From positions 1,925,494 to 1,989,493 of the forward strand of contig CP091724.1 of NCBI GenBank assembly GCA_022009795.1: a stretch of 64,000 bases of DNA, in the 5' to 3' direction. This DNA is from Anaerotruncus sp. (GTDB taxonomy: Bacteria; Bacillota; Clostridia; Oscillospirales; Acutalibacteraceae). A program made the position numbers and the translations under genes. The notes beneath the pieces are model-generated. The model was not told where the DNA came from. It saw only the letters and a list, made by a program, of their open reading frames with translations, and made no database searches. This document shows positions 24,259 through 34,677 of this stretch, in pieces. The first letter of the stretch is position 1; each line of letters begins with the position of its first letter.

Positions 24259-25174
24259 CTATATACTCATCTTATTTCTTGGATGGTTTTCTTTAAGAAT
24301 ATGGCGAATTTTGTTTGTGCTTATGTGAGTGTAAATTTGAGTAGTCGTAATTGAACTGTGACCGAGAAGCTGTTGAATATATCTTATGTTGACATTTTCA
24401 TCCATAAGTGCTGTTGCAAAAGTATGCCTGAACATATGCGGAGTAATATGTAAATCCACACCGCTCCTTTTTGCATAATCACTTATCATATTTCTTATGG
24501 ATTGCTCCGAATACCTGTTTCCTAATTTGTTGATGAAAACATAATCGCTATCGCAATCACAAATCTTAATATATTCATTTAAAAGTCTTGATACTTTAAC
24601 ATTAGCAATACACATTATGCGTTCTTTTGAACCTTTGCCGTAAATGTATATCGTGTTGCTGTTGAGGTCAAGACTTTTTCTTTTTAGATTGCTGATTTCC
24701 GATACCCTCATTCCGGTAGAAAACAGCAGTTCAATAATTATAACATTTCTTAGTGCCATTTTTATATTGATAACTGCTTTTTTTGCATTATCAAACTGTA
24801 AATATCCAAATTTCAATATACTTTTTTTATGTTCTCAATCGGAATAGTTTTTCGGCAGGGTAATCGGTTCTTTGTATTTTTAATGTAATTTTTGTGAAAC
24901 GGATTGATTTCAATAATGTCCTCAATTTCCATATACCTGTAAAATGCTTTCACGCAGGCAATTTTTCGCTTGGCAGTTTTAGGTTTGTAACGCTGATGAA
25001 GTGAGTTTATATATTTGTTTAGCTCATTCTTGCTAAAGCAATCCTTATCTTGCATATAAGAGCAAAACTGCTTTTAAATCAATTTTATACGCTTTTATCG
25101 TTAATGCACTCAGTCCTTTTTAAATTACTGCAAACCTCAATGTAATTCCTTGCTTCTTTTTCTATCTTTATCAT
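24259..25174 (-). CDS. XerC/D-like tyrosine recombinase (~305 aa), frameshifted; probable invertase
   Basis: TGMRVSE, GKGSKER, HMFRHTFAT, LGHSSITTTQIY; AGGAGG SD; no evident arm-binding domain. Confidence 0.9.
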
Positions 25175-25305
25175 AATAAAAACCTCCTAAAATATATGAT
25201 TTTTATTATGCTTGCTTATAAAAACCAAAAGTCGATAAAATTTGATTAAATATCTCAAAGTTATGCTATTCTTGACCATAAAATACACCAGTTTTGTATT
25301 TGTTA

Positions 25306-25371
25306 TTGAAAAAAATATTGAAATGTGCTATCTTTTAAATGAAATAAATGTAGTTTGAAAGGAATGCAGGA
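25306..25371 (+). promoter_or_regulatory. Fixed promoter and SD outside the left inversion site
   Basis: TTGAAA (25306), 17 nt, TG-c-TATCTT (25329-25334); GAAAGGA...AGGA 25357-25371. Confidence 0.65.
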
Positions 25372-25387
25372 TAACTATTGATTATCC
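25369..25387 (+). repeat. Left recombination site GGATAA-CTATTGA-TTATCC
   Basis: 6-bp inverted arms with a 7-bp asymmetric spacer; 18/19 identical to the reverse complement of 27160-27178. Confidence 0.85.
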
Positions 25388-26425
25388 TTTTTATATCAAT
25401 TTATATCAATGGAAAAATTAGATTATACTTTTTCAATAAAAAAAGTAAAAACGACAGATACAGATTATATAGAAGCAATAAAAATATATAACGAAAAAAA
25501 TACCATATGAAATTCGAACTCCTTCAAATGAAATAACAATGTGGATAAATGAAAGCCAAAAAAAATCACCATTTGCTTTATTTTTGCTTTTATTCTATAT
25601 TTTTTAATAATGAAGTTGTAGGATTTTTCAATGGAAACATATATAAAAAAAGAACCAAAAATAATGTTAGGAGAATACATTTCATTAAAAAAACAGGATT
25701 TGATTTTTGAAATAACAGTATTTACTTTTTTTAGATTTAATGAGAAACTACTATAAATCAAATAATGTAGATATATCTTATTTTTATAGATGAAATAAAT
25801 TATAGAAATTCAGGTAAATCGATTGACAAAGAAAGTCGAAAAATTTAAAAAAATCGTTATGTGTTCAAGGCTATGGGGAAATTGATTCAATTCATACAAT
25901 ATTGCCTTTGGGACTAAATAATTTTTGAAAGTTCTTTTGATGCCAAAATATATATAAAAATCTAATGATAAAATTTCTGAAATCTCAAAAGATACATACC
26001 TTCAAATAATTGAGTCAATATATTATGATTATTATGTAGCCTGGTATAAAAATCCTTTTTTTCTGAATCTGATCTTAATAAATACCAATTAAAAAGTAGA
26101 TACGTTATTTCAAGATTTAACAAACAAATTAATGAAAAACATCTAAATTCAAAGTTCTTTATACAGATTGCCCAATATTAAATGATAGAAAAAAATGCAA
26201 TACGATACAATTAGTGTTCCAACAAAAAAACATAAAAGTGGTTATGTATGGATAATTATTGTTCTATTAGTAATAATCGTTCCACCAATGGCCGGATATA
26301 TATACAATTGGTTGTTGAATATAATGGAAATAGAAATATCAAGCGTAGAAGCAATAATTGGAGAAAGTATCAGTGGAATATTAACTTTTATTTCAACTTA
26401 TATTGTTTATAAAAAAATATTATAA
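25378..26425 (+). CDS. AT-rich hypothetical protein, GNAT-like N-terminal region and two C-terminal hydrophobic segments, frameshifted
   Basis: Manual translation ...AIKIYNEK..PYEIRTPSNEI...VVGFSMETY...; ORF 26195-26425 tail; start TTG 25378 (needs one indel) or ATG 25409; GNAT call is pattern-based. Confidence 0.65.
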
Positions 26426-27169
26426 TTTTTTTAGTGTCATAATAATATTTCCAGAATGCTTTTTCATATAATTACTTTTTATTGAAATAATCGTCAAATT
26501 TATTTAGTTTCTCAGCAATATTTTTCATGATTAGCAAACAGAGCATCTAATATGTGGAATCCTTTTCACATCAACAACTTTAATACACTTAAAGCTCTCA
26601 ACAACTTTTCATTATATATTCATAAGAGTAGATCCATTGTCTTTGAAATTGATCTAAATACGGTGTTGTAATAATAGCCGCATCAGATTTATAATACTTA
26701 TTAAATAAATATTCAAAACTATTACTATTTTTCGAATTCTAAAATAATAATTCCTTCCGATTTTTGTCACTCGAATTAACTCTGAAATTGAAATAATAGC
26801 ATCTGTATAGTTAATAACGCTGCCTACACATAAAAACACCATCAAAAAAATACAATCATCAAATGGGATTTTTTTCAATTGAACCAACAGTATATTCTTT
26901 ACAGTTTTTCTATTTTTAATTTTTTGCTATGTCAATGTGATGCATTCTACATTTTTAAACCATAAGCATTGCCCGCCGATCCTGCATTTAAAAATATAAT
27001 TTGATTTGACTATTTCGCTATTATTAATGTAATTATCTATGTAGTTATAAGAGTGTTTATACCATGAAGAACTAGACCAAACAGATTCTGCTTTTTTTCA
27101 TAAAAAAATTTTTTTAACTATGTTTAAATCAAGCTTTTTTTCATAAGTGAAATTATAGTGGATAATCAA
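26420..27169 (-). CDS. Class I SAM-dependent methyltransferase, frameshifted
   Basis: Manual translation from TTG 27169: MIIHYNFTYEKKLDLNIVK...LNAGSAGNAY...IPFDDCIF...CVGSVINY...ELIRVTK...LEFE. Confidence 0.8.
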
Positions 27170-27178
27170 TAGTTATCT
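27160..27178 (-). repeat. Right recombination site AGATAA-CTATTGA-TTATCC (inverted)
   Basis: Plus strand GGATAATCAATAGTTATCT. Confidence 0.85.
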
Positions 27179-27211
27179 TTTTATTAACAACCAAACATCT
27201 GTATATAATTA

Positions 27212-27244
27212 AAAGCCTGTCGGTTAAAATCGGCAGGCTTTTTT
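27212..27244 (+). terminator. Terminator-like hairpin upstream of parA
   Basis: AAAGCCTGTCG...CGGCAGGCTTT then T run. Confidence 0.6.
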
Positions 27245-27267
27245 GTATATATAGAACTAAAACGGAG

Positions 27268-28104
27268 GTGTTTTTAACGAAACAAACAAAAGTAATTGCA
27301 ATATGCAATCAAAAAGGCGGTGTAGGTAAAACTACAACCGCCTTAAATTTTGGAGTCGGTCTTGCAAATGAGGGCAAGAAAGTCTTGCTTATCGACTGTG
27401 ACCCACAAGGTGATTTGACAACAGCTTTGGGTTGGAGAGATACAGACGAACTTTCGGTTACTCTTGCAGACAAACTCGTCGAGTATATTGAAGAAAGGAA
27501 CAAGAACCCAGCAAACGGTATTCTCCACCATAAAGAAAATATTGATTTGCTCCCGGCAAACCTTGATTTGTCGGCACTTGAACTTAGTTTGGTCAACACA
27601 ATGAGCCGTGAAACCGTGCTGAAAGGTTATGTAAATTCAATAAAAGCTGCGTATGATTATGTAGTTATTGATTGTATGCCGTCTTTGAGCGTGCTTACGG
27701 TTAATGCATTGGTTGCTGCCGATTCGGTTATCATTCCTGTGCAGTCGCAATTCCTTGCAGCTAAAGGTATGACACAACTTGTTAAAACTATAAGTAAAGT
27801 TAAAAGACAAATTAACCCGTCACTTAAAATTGACGGTGTTTTGCTTACACTTGTAGATGGCAGAACTAACCTTTCCAAAAGTACAAAGGAAGCTATCGTA
27901 AATGACTACGGCAAATATCTTAAAATTTTTGATACGCAGATACCTATGGGTATTAAAGCGGCTGAAACTGCAATAAGTGGCAAATCAATATTCGCTTATG
28001 ATAAAAACAGTAAGGTCGCAAAAGCGTATGTAGACTTTACGAAGGAGGTATTGAAACTTGAGCGAAAAGAGAAAAACAGACTTCAGTCTGAACAGGCTCG
28101 ATGA
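27268..28104 (+). CDS. parA: ParA/Soj family ATPase
   Basis: NQKGGVGKTTT, DCDPQG, IDCMPSL. Confidence 0.95.
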   Translation: MFLTKQTKVIAICNQKGGVGKTTTALNFGVGLANEGKKVLLIDCDPQGDLTTALGWRDTDELSVTLADKLVEYIEERNKNPANGILHHKENIDLLPANLDLSALELSLVNTMSRETVLKGYVNSIKAAYDYVVIDCMPSLSVLTVNALVAADSVIIPVQSQFLAAKGMTQLVKTISKVKRQINPSLKIDGVLLTLVDGRTNLSKSTKEAIVNDYGKYLKIFDTQIPMGIKAAETAISGKSIFAYDKNSKVAKAYVDFTKEVLKLERKEKNRLQSEQAR

Positions 28105-28996
28105 TTTATTCACATCACAAAGCGAACGAGAAAACGGACTTACTCCGACTATAAAAGATATCCCTCTTGAAAAACTTGTACCGTTTCCGAATCATCCATT
28201 TAAAGTGCGTGACGATGAAGAAATGAATAAACTTGTTGAAAGCGTTTCTGAAAACGGAGTGTTGGTTCCTGCTATTGTTCGTGAGAAAGATAACGGTGAT
28301 TATGAAATCATCTCAGGACACAGACGAAAATTTGCAAGTGAGATTGCCGGTAAAAACACATTGCGTTGTATCGTTTCAAATTTGGATGATGACGCCGCAA
28401 CCGTCATTATGGTTGACAGCAATATCCAAAGAGAAAACATTTTGCCGAGTGAAAAGGCATTTGCATACAAAATGAAATTGGATGCGATGAATAGACAAGG
28501 TAAAAGAAACGATTTAACTTTATGCCAAGTTGGCACAAAGTTAAATTCTGCTCAAATAATTGCAGAAAACACAGGCGAAAGTACAAGGCAAGTCTTTAGA
28601 TATATTCGCCTTACCTATCTTATCCCCGAACTGCTGCAAATGCTTGACGAGGGTAAAATGAAAATGTTACCGGCTGTCGAAATATCATTTCTTGATAAAG
28701 AATGTCAGCAAGATTTGTTGGAAGCAATAGAAAGCGAATGTTGTACTCCGTCTCATGCACAGGCTATTCGTATGCACAAGATGTTTAATGACGGAGAACT
28801 AAACAGCGATACTATTCTTGAGGTTATGTGTGAATTGAAACCAAACCAACAGGAAAGGCTCATAATTCCACATAAGACGCTTGAAAAGTATATCCCAAAA
28901 TCTGTTGCACCTGAGAAAAGACAAGATTATGTATGCAAGGCTTTGGAGCATTACAACAAGTTTCTGAAAAGCAGAGCCGAAAGGGACAGCAGATAG
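28058..28996 (+). CDS. parB: ParB family partition protein
   Basis: HPFKV, YEIISGHRR, DSNIQRE. Confidence 0.93.
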   Translation: MSEKRKTDFSLNRLDDLFTSQSERENGLTPTIKDIPLEKLVPFPNHPFKVRDDEEMNKLVESVSENGVLVPAIVREKDNGDYEIISGHRRKFASEIAGKNTLRCIVSNLDDDAATVIMVDSNIQRENILPSEKAFAYKMKLDAMNRQGKRNDLTLCQVGTKLNSAQIIAENTGESTRQVFRYIRLTYLIPELLQMLDEGKMKMLPAVEISFLDKECQQDLLEAIESECCTPSHAQAIRMHKMFNDGELNSDTILEVMCELKPNQQERLIIPHKTLEKYIPKSVAPEKRQDYVCKALEHYNKFLKSRAERDSR

Positions 28997-29178
28997 TAGG
29001 AGTATATTTTTCTATTTTCCCCCCTCTTTTCAATATACCCCCCTAATTTAACATATAAACTTGCAGAAAAGAAAGAGCCTTATAAATCAAATAAAGGAAT
29101 GATGTGTATGATTTAATAAACGCACCTTTGCCGAAATTACCAAAATCTGTTAAATTGGCAGTGAAAAGCAAAGGAGGA

Positions 29179-29778
29179 ATGCTAAATGAAAAAAAGTCAG
29201 TGATTTTGTGTATGGTAGCAGTTGTGCTAATCAGCGTATTTGTAGGTTGTTCGGTTAAGAACAGTGATGTAAATGAAAATGCAGAAACAAGTTCTTTTTC
29301 TGCAAGTAAAGAAACAACACTGCATATTTCGACTGCTGAAAATGATACGAAAGCCGATACAACAACTACTGCTCCAACTACAAATGCAAAAATAACGAGC
29401 ACAACTTCAAACAAGATTGAGTTGAGTGAAACAACCACAAAAAGAAAGGTTGTGTCTACAACATCAAAACCTGTTCAAACAACAAAATCTACAACACAGC
29501 ATACAAAAAAAGCAACGACTACATCAAAACAACCAACAACCAAAAAAGCAAGTAAATGCAGTAATAACAATAATCACTCAATGAAATGTGGCAATATGGG
29601 CAGATGGTTTGACAGCAAATCGGATGTTAAAGCATATGTTGATTCGGTAATGAAATCTTGGGCAGATAAATGGGAAAGCGGAGAAATATCCGACGATGAA
29701 TATTTTGCTAACTGCCCACAAGGCTATGAATGCTGGAGTTGCGGTTACTGCGGTAAATGGACAGGCAATTTCAAATAA
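29179..29778 (+). CDS. Thr/Ser-rich lipoprotein with Cys-rich C-terminal domain
   Basis: Lipobox FVGC; TTT-rich linker; CWSCGYCGKW; AAGGAGG SD. Confidence 0.8.
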   Translation: MLNEKKSVILCMVAVVLISVFVGCSVKNSDVNENAETSSFSASKETTLHISTAENDTKADTTTTAPTTNAKITSTTSNKIELSETTTKRKVVSTTSKPVQTTKSTTQHTKKATTTSKQPTTKKASKCSNNNNHSMKCGNMGRWFDSKSDVKAYVDSVMKSWADKWESGEISDDEYFANCPQGYECWSCGYCGKWTGNFK

Positions 29779-29798
29779 CAATATCATAAATTTAACCT

Positions 29799-29828
29799 GA
29801 GAAGATGTAACAATCTTCTCTTTTTTTA
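29799..29828 (+). terminator. Intrinsic terminator
   Basis: GAGAAGAT...ATCTTCTC plus T7. Confidence 0.65.
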
Positions 29829-29857
29829 TGCCTTAAAACAGGTAGAAAGGAAAAGTT

Positions 29858-32800
29858 ATGAAAGATAAATTCAAAAGTTTAGGCAAAAGAATTGTTGCAG
29901 TTCTTTTGTCGGTATTAACAGTTACAATGATGTTTCCGTTAAGTGCCTTTGCGGCAACGGAAAACCTCGGTGCGGTATCTGGTATGAAGAAACTTGATAT
30001 CAGCGTTTCAAAACATTACGGACACGAAGTTCATACTACGAAAAAAGGCGGTACAACTTATCCGCTTTTCTGTATTGAATACGGCACAACATCGCCGAGT
30101 TCGTCATATCTTAAAGGCAAAAAAGCTATGGCAAGTGACACAGCAATTAAAGCTGCAAAGTGGATATTTGCAGGATATTATCTTGAACACGGCAACTCGA
30201 TAGATTGGCAGGATATGGCTTACTGTCAGAAAAAAGTGTGGTCTATCTTCGGTTCCGATACAAGCTGGGATTTCAGCGACGGCGGATACAAAGCGTGGTG
30301 TGACAAGGCACAGGACAGAATGGACAACCTAAATAAAAAGCCGTCATTCAATAACACCAATGTCGGAACAATCGTTGCAGGGAACAGCCTTACCGTTACC
30401 GATACAAACAAGGTGCTTTCTGATTATCCCGCATTCACGAAAAACGGAAGCGGTTGGAGCATTACCCACAGCAAAAATTCTAACTCATTAACAATTAAGG
30501 TTGATAAATCTTGTACTGCGTCAAGCTTCAAACTTGCCAACGGTGAATATTACAAAGATGGTACAGGTGATGACGATGAACTTTTGCTTTACTATCCCTA
30601 TGGCAGTGAAGCATATCAAAAACTTATCTATTCGGCATATTATGACCCTGTTTCGATGGCATTTTCGGGTTCGATTACTCCACTCGGTGATATGAAACTT
30701 GTTAAAACTTCCGAAGACGGTATTGTAGCCGGTATTAACTTTACTGTCACAGGCGCTAATGGGTTTTCAAAAACTGTCACAACAAATGCAAACGGCGAAA
30801 TTGATATTTCTGATTTAGCCCCCGGAACATATACGATTACGGAAGAAAACATTGACAGATATGTACCTAATCAATCGCAAACTATAACTGTTTCAAGCGG
30901 TAAAACATCATCGGTCAGCTTCTATAACATACTCAAAAAATTCAGAGTAACCGTGACAAAACAAGACTACGAAAAAGGTCACGCACAAGGTGATGCAAAA
31001 TTAGGCGGTGCTGTTTATGGTTTGTATAAAGGCGATGAACTTGTTGCACAATATACAACTGACAGTAACGGCTCTTTTACTACCGACTATTATGTATGTG
31101 GTACTGATTGGACAATAAAAGAAATCAGTCCAAGTGAAGGTTATCTTTTAAATGATACTGTGTATAAAGTCGGTGCGGATCCAAGGGATTACAACATTGA
31201 ATATAACACAGCACCCGATATGACTGTTATGGAACAAGTTATCAAGGGTAAAATCGGCATTATTAAACATACGGATGATGGTGAAACTCAAATCGAAACA
31301 CCCGAAAAAGGTGCAGAGTTTCAAATCTATCTTAAATCGTCAGGCTCATTTGTAAACGCTGATAAAGACGAACGAGATACTATTGTTTGCGATGAAGACG
31401 GCTTTGCAAGCACAAAACTACTCCCATACGGCGTATATACAGTTCATCAATCAAAGGGATGGGATGGCAGAGAAAAAATAACCGATTTCGATGTGTTTAT
31501 CAATACCGATGGTAAGACATACAAATTCCTTATCAATAACAAGAATTTTGAATCATATCTCAAGGTGGTTAAACTTGATAAGGAAACGGGTAAACGAATC
31601 CCATACGAAGGTGCTGCTTTTGAAATCTACGATAGCAACAATCATAGAATTACAATGCAGTACACCTACCCTCAAGTGACATCAATTCATACCTTTTACA
31701 CCAACAAAGAGGGATATTTAATCACACCTGAAAAGTTGCCGTATGGTGATTATACTCTTAAAGAAGTACAAGCACCGTATGGATATGTTCTTGACGATAC
31801 TCCGATTCCGTTTTCTATCAGTCAAGAAAATTCATCAACCGATACAGGTGTTACCGTAGTTAAAGTTAAGGCACGAGATGTTGCACAAAAAGGTGTAATC
31901 AATATCACTAAAACAGGTGAGATTTTTTCATCTGTTGAAGAAAACAAAGGCGTATACACTCCGAAATACAGTATAAGTAATCTTAAAGGAGCAATTTTTG
32001 AAATCTATGCTGCCGAAGATATAACCACTCTCGACGGTACGGTAAGATATGAGCAAGGCACTTTGGTTGATACTATCACAACCGACGATGACGGTGTGGC
32101 TAAATCAAAAGAACTTTATCTCGGTAAATATACAGTTATTGAAAAGACTGCACCAAACGGATATGTTCATAATGCCGCCAAGTATGATGCTGAACTCACC
32201 TATGCAGGACAGAATGTTTCCGTTACCTCAACCGACATTTCGGTGTATAACGATAGACAAAAGGTTTCGGTTTCACTTAAAAAGATTATGGCAAATGATA
32301 AGACATTCGGTATCGGCAATAACGGTGAAATCACTTCTGTAAGATTCGGTATTTATGCCGATGAGGACATTAAAGCAAGCAACGGCGATGTTATTCCAAA
32401 AGATGCTCTTATCACTTTTGCAAATTGTGATAAAAATGGAAGCATTGTCTTTGATTGTGATTTGCCGGTAGGCTTTAAGTGGTACGCAAAAAGAAATCGC
32501 AACCGATGCGCACTATATCTTATCCGATACAAAATATGAGTTTGATACCGAATATAAAGGTCAGGACATAAAGGTTATTGATATTAAAATCAATAACAAT
32601 AAAGCTATCGAAAACAATCTCATTTATGGTTCTGTTAAAGGCTTAAAAATTGACAGAGAAACGCAGGAAGTAATCAAGGGTGCAACCTTTGGTTTGTTTA
32701 AATCAGACACTACCGAATTTTCAGAAGATAAAGCAATCTTAACTGCTATTACCGATGAAAAACGGCGTATTTGTTTTCAATAACATTCCTTACGGTGAAT

Positions 32801-33423
32801 ACCTTATAAAGGAACTTAAGCCAGCCGACGGCTATCTTGATAATGAAGATGTCTTTACCGTAATAATCAAAGATAATGAGCAAGTTGTTGAACTTACTGC
32901 AATCAATGATAAAGTGCCAGAGTTAAAAACAACGGCAACCGTCAATGGCAAAAAAGAAGTCATCGCAAAAGGCGAAATATCCATAAAAGATACTGTTGAG
33001 TACAAGCATTTAGTACCTAATACCGAATATGTTATCAAAGGCACATTGATGGATAAATCCACAGGCAAGCCGTTTATGGTGAAAGGTAAAGAAGTTACTT
33101 CAACTGTGAAATTCACGCCAGACAAAGCAAACGGCAAAGTAGAAGTCACCTTTACTTTTGACGGTTCGGCTATTAAAAAGGATACCGAACTTGTAGTCTT
33201 TGAGACATTGTCTCGTGACGGTGTTGAGTTAACCGCTCATGACGATATTGACGATAAAGGACAGACCGTAACGATTAAGCCGTATATTCCTCATAATCCG
33301 AAAACGAGAGATGATAGAAATATCAATCGTATTTTTAGGTATTGCCGGTGCTTCTCTTGTCGGTATCGCAGGCTGTGTATATTTCTTTATTAAGAAAAAA
33401 AGGAAAAAAGGAGGCACAGATAA
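29858..33423 (+). CDS. Sortase-anchored adhesin (SpaA/CnaB repeats, VaFE-type repeat, possible N-terminal thioester domain), frameshifted
   Basis: Signal peptide; LFCIEYG; KEVQAPYGY-type repeats; VVFE; NPKT-x-D, TM and basic tail. Confidence 0.88.
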
Positions 33424-33695
33424 TGAGTGACAGAACTAATGCAGGCTACACCATTATCAATGCCGTAACCGTCGGCAAAGGTGAAATCGTGCTCGGTGAA
33501 AGAACTACTGCAAATAAAGAAAAGCAATATGTTACTTGGGAATGTAATAACGGCTCGTATTATTACGGTCATTATATTGAAAACAAATTTGATGCGTTAA
33601 AAGACTTTGGTCAAAGGGTTGCCGATAAGGCTGAAATGTATCGCTGTTTTGAAAATGAAAGACAACGGCATAACCGAGAACGAGATGAGCGATAA
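33423..33695 (+). CDS. Hypothetical ICE protein
   Basis: GGAGG SD, TAATG coupling; YVTW...YYGHY. Confidence 0.75.
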   Translation: MSDRTNAGYTIINAVTVGKGEIVLGERTTANKEKQYVTWECNNGSYYYGHYIENKFDALKDFGQRVADKAEMYRCFENERQRHNRERDER

Positions 33696-33716
33696 TGAAA
33701 AGGAGGTAAAAAGATA

Positions 33717-33815
33717 ATGACAGTTAAAACGATTGTGTCTATTGTACTCGTTGTCTTTATTGTTGCAGGGCTTGTTTTTCTCCAAGTCAGAAACAAAAAG
33801 AAAAACGATAATTAA
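33717..33815 (+). CDS. 32-aa single-TM peptide MTVKTIVSIVLVVFIVAGLVFLQVRNKKKNDN
   Basis: AAGGAGGT SD; hydrophobic core and basic tail; below ORF-track cutoff. Confidence 0.7.
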   Translation: MTVKTIVSIVLVVFIVAGLVFLQVRNKKKNDN

Positions 33816-33868
33816 ACTTATTTGGGCGGTAACTTCGGTTGCCGCCTTTAATAATAAAGGAGGCTAAT

Positions 33869-34457
33869 ATGGACAAAGAAAACGAAGTTATTAACGGTTA
33901 TGAAATTATTGAGTCTATGTATGTAGGTGAAAACGAGGTCATAATCGCAGAAAATCATAATGAAAACGGCGATAAATATCTTTGCGGGTATTATGAAAGC
34001 AATGAACTTTTTGCAAGAATTAACGCTATATGCACATCAAATTCTTATCCCGATATAGTCATTGCTTTTTTTGCGATAATGTGAAAGAACAGGCAGAAAA
34101 AAGAAAAGAACAAATAATTGACGGAATTGGCGTAATCACAAATGATATGTGTGCTGCTATTGATGAAAACACAAAACTCGTTGGTAAAGTTATTGTACTC
34201 AAACCGTCTATCTTAAGGCGAGAATACCGTTATGCAGACAGTCAGCTTTTTTACTGCACCGGAGGTAACGGTGCAATGCCTAATGCAATAGGCACAAAGG
34301 TATATGGTTGTTCTCTCTCAACCGGAAAAGAAATGTATGTGCGCCGTTATGACATACTCGGAACGATTGATAAAAAAACAATTTGCCTGAATGGGCAAAG
34401 GTCGGTCTTGCCAATATTCAACGAAGTGAAAAGGCAAAAGACAGAGGTGAACGCTGA
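33869..34457 (+). CDS. Hypothetical ICE protein, frameshifted
   Basis: AAGGAGG SD; joins ORFs 33839-34084 and 34030-34506; LRREYR...CTGGNG. Confidence 0.7.
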
Positions 34458-34672
34458 TGGATACAGATTTCCAAACAAAAACGAAAGTGCTTTTAAAGCT
34501 TTTTAAGGCAGGCAAATGCAATGAAGCAGATATTTTGAATATGAAAACAGAAGAAATGCTTGATTTGCCTAATGTTTCGATTAAAGAAATTAAGGCTATA
34601 TGTGCCATTAAAGGAGCTGTGAAAAAGCACACGCTTTATTCATATCTCGGAGGTAAACAAGATGAAAGGTGA
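34457..34672 (+). CDS. Small hypothetical protein
   Basis: TGATG coupling; 71 aa ORF. Confidence 0.65.
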   Translation: MDTDFQTKTKVLLKLFKAGKCNEADILNMKTEEMLDLPNVSIKEIKAICAIKGAVKKHTLYSYLGGKQDER

Positions 34673-34677
34673 TGACT

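Noticed and set aside
24259..25174. Tyrosine recombinase as the ICE integrase
   Set aside because: Downgraded, not excluded: short XerC/D-like architecture and adjacent inverted core sites fit an invertase better.
29010..29045. C-runs after parB as parS or a replication origin
   Set aside because: No iterons, clear palindromes or rep gene recognisable.
33295..33312. Sortase motif reads NPKTR rather than NPKTG
   Set aside because: A single-base difference in an error-rich sequence; cannot be distinguished from a basecall error.
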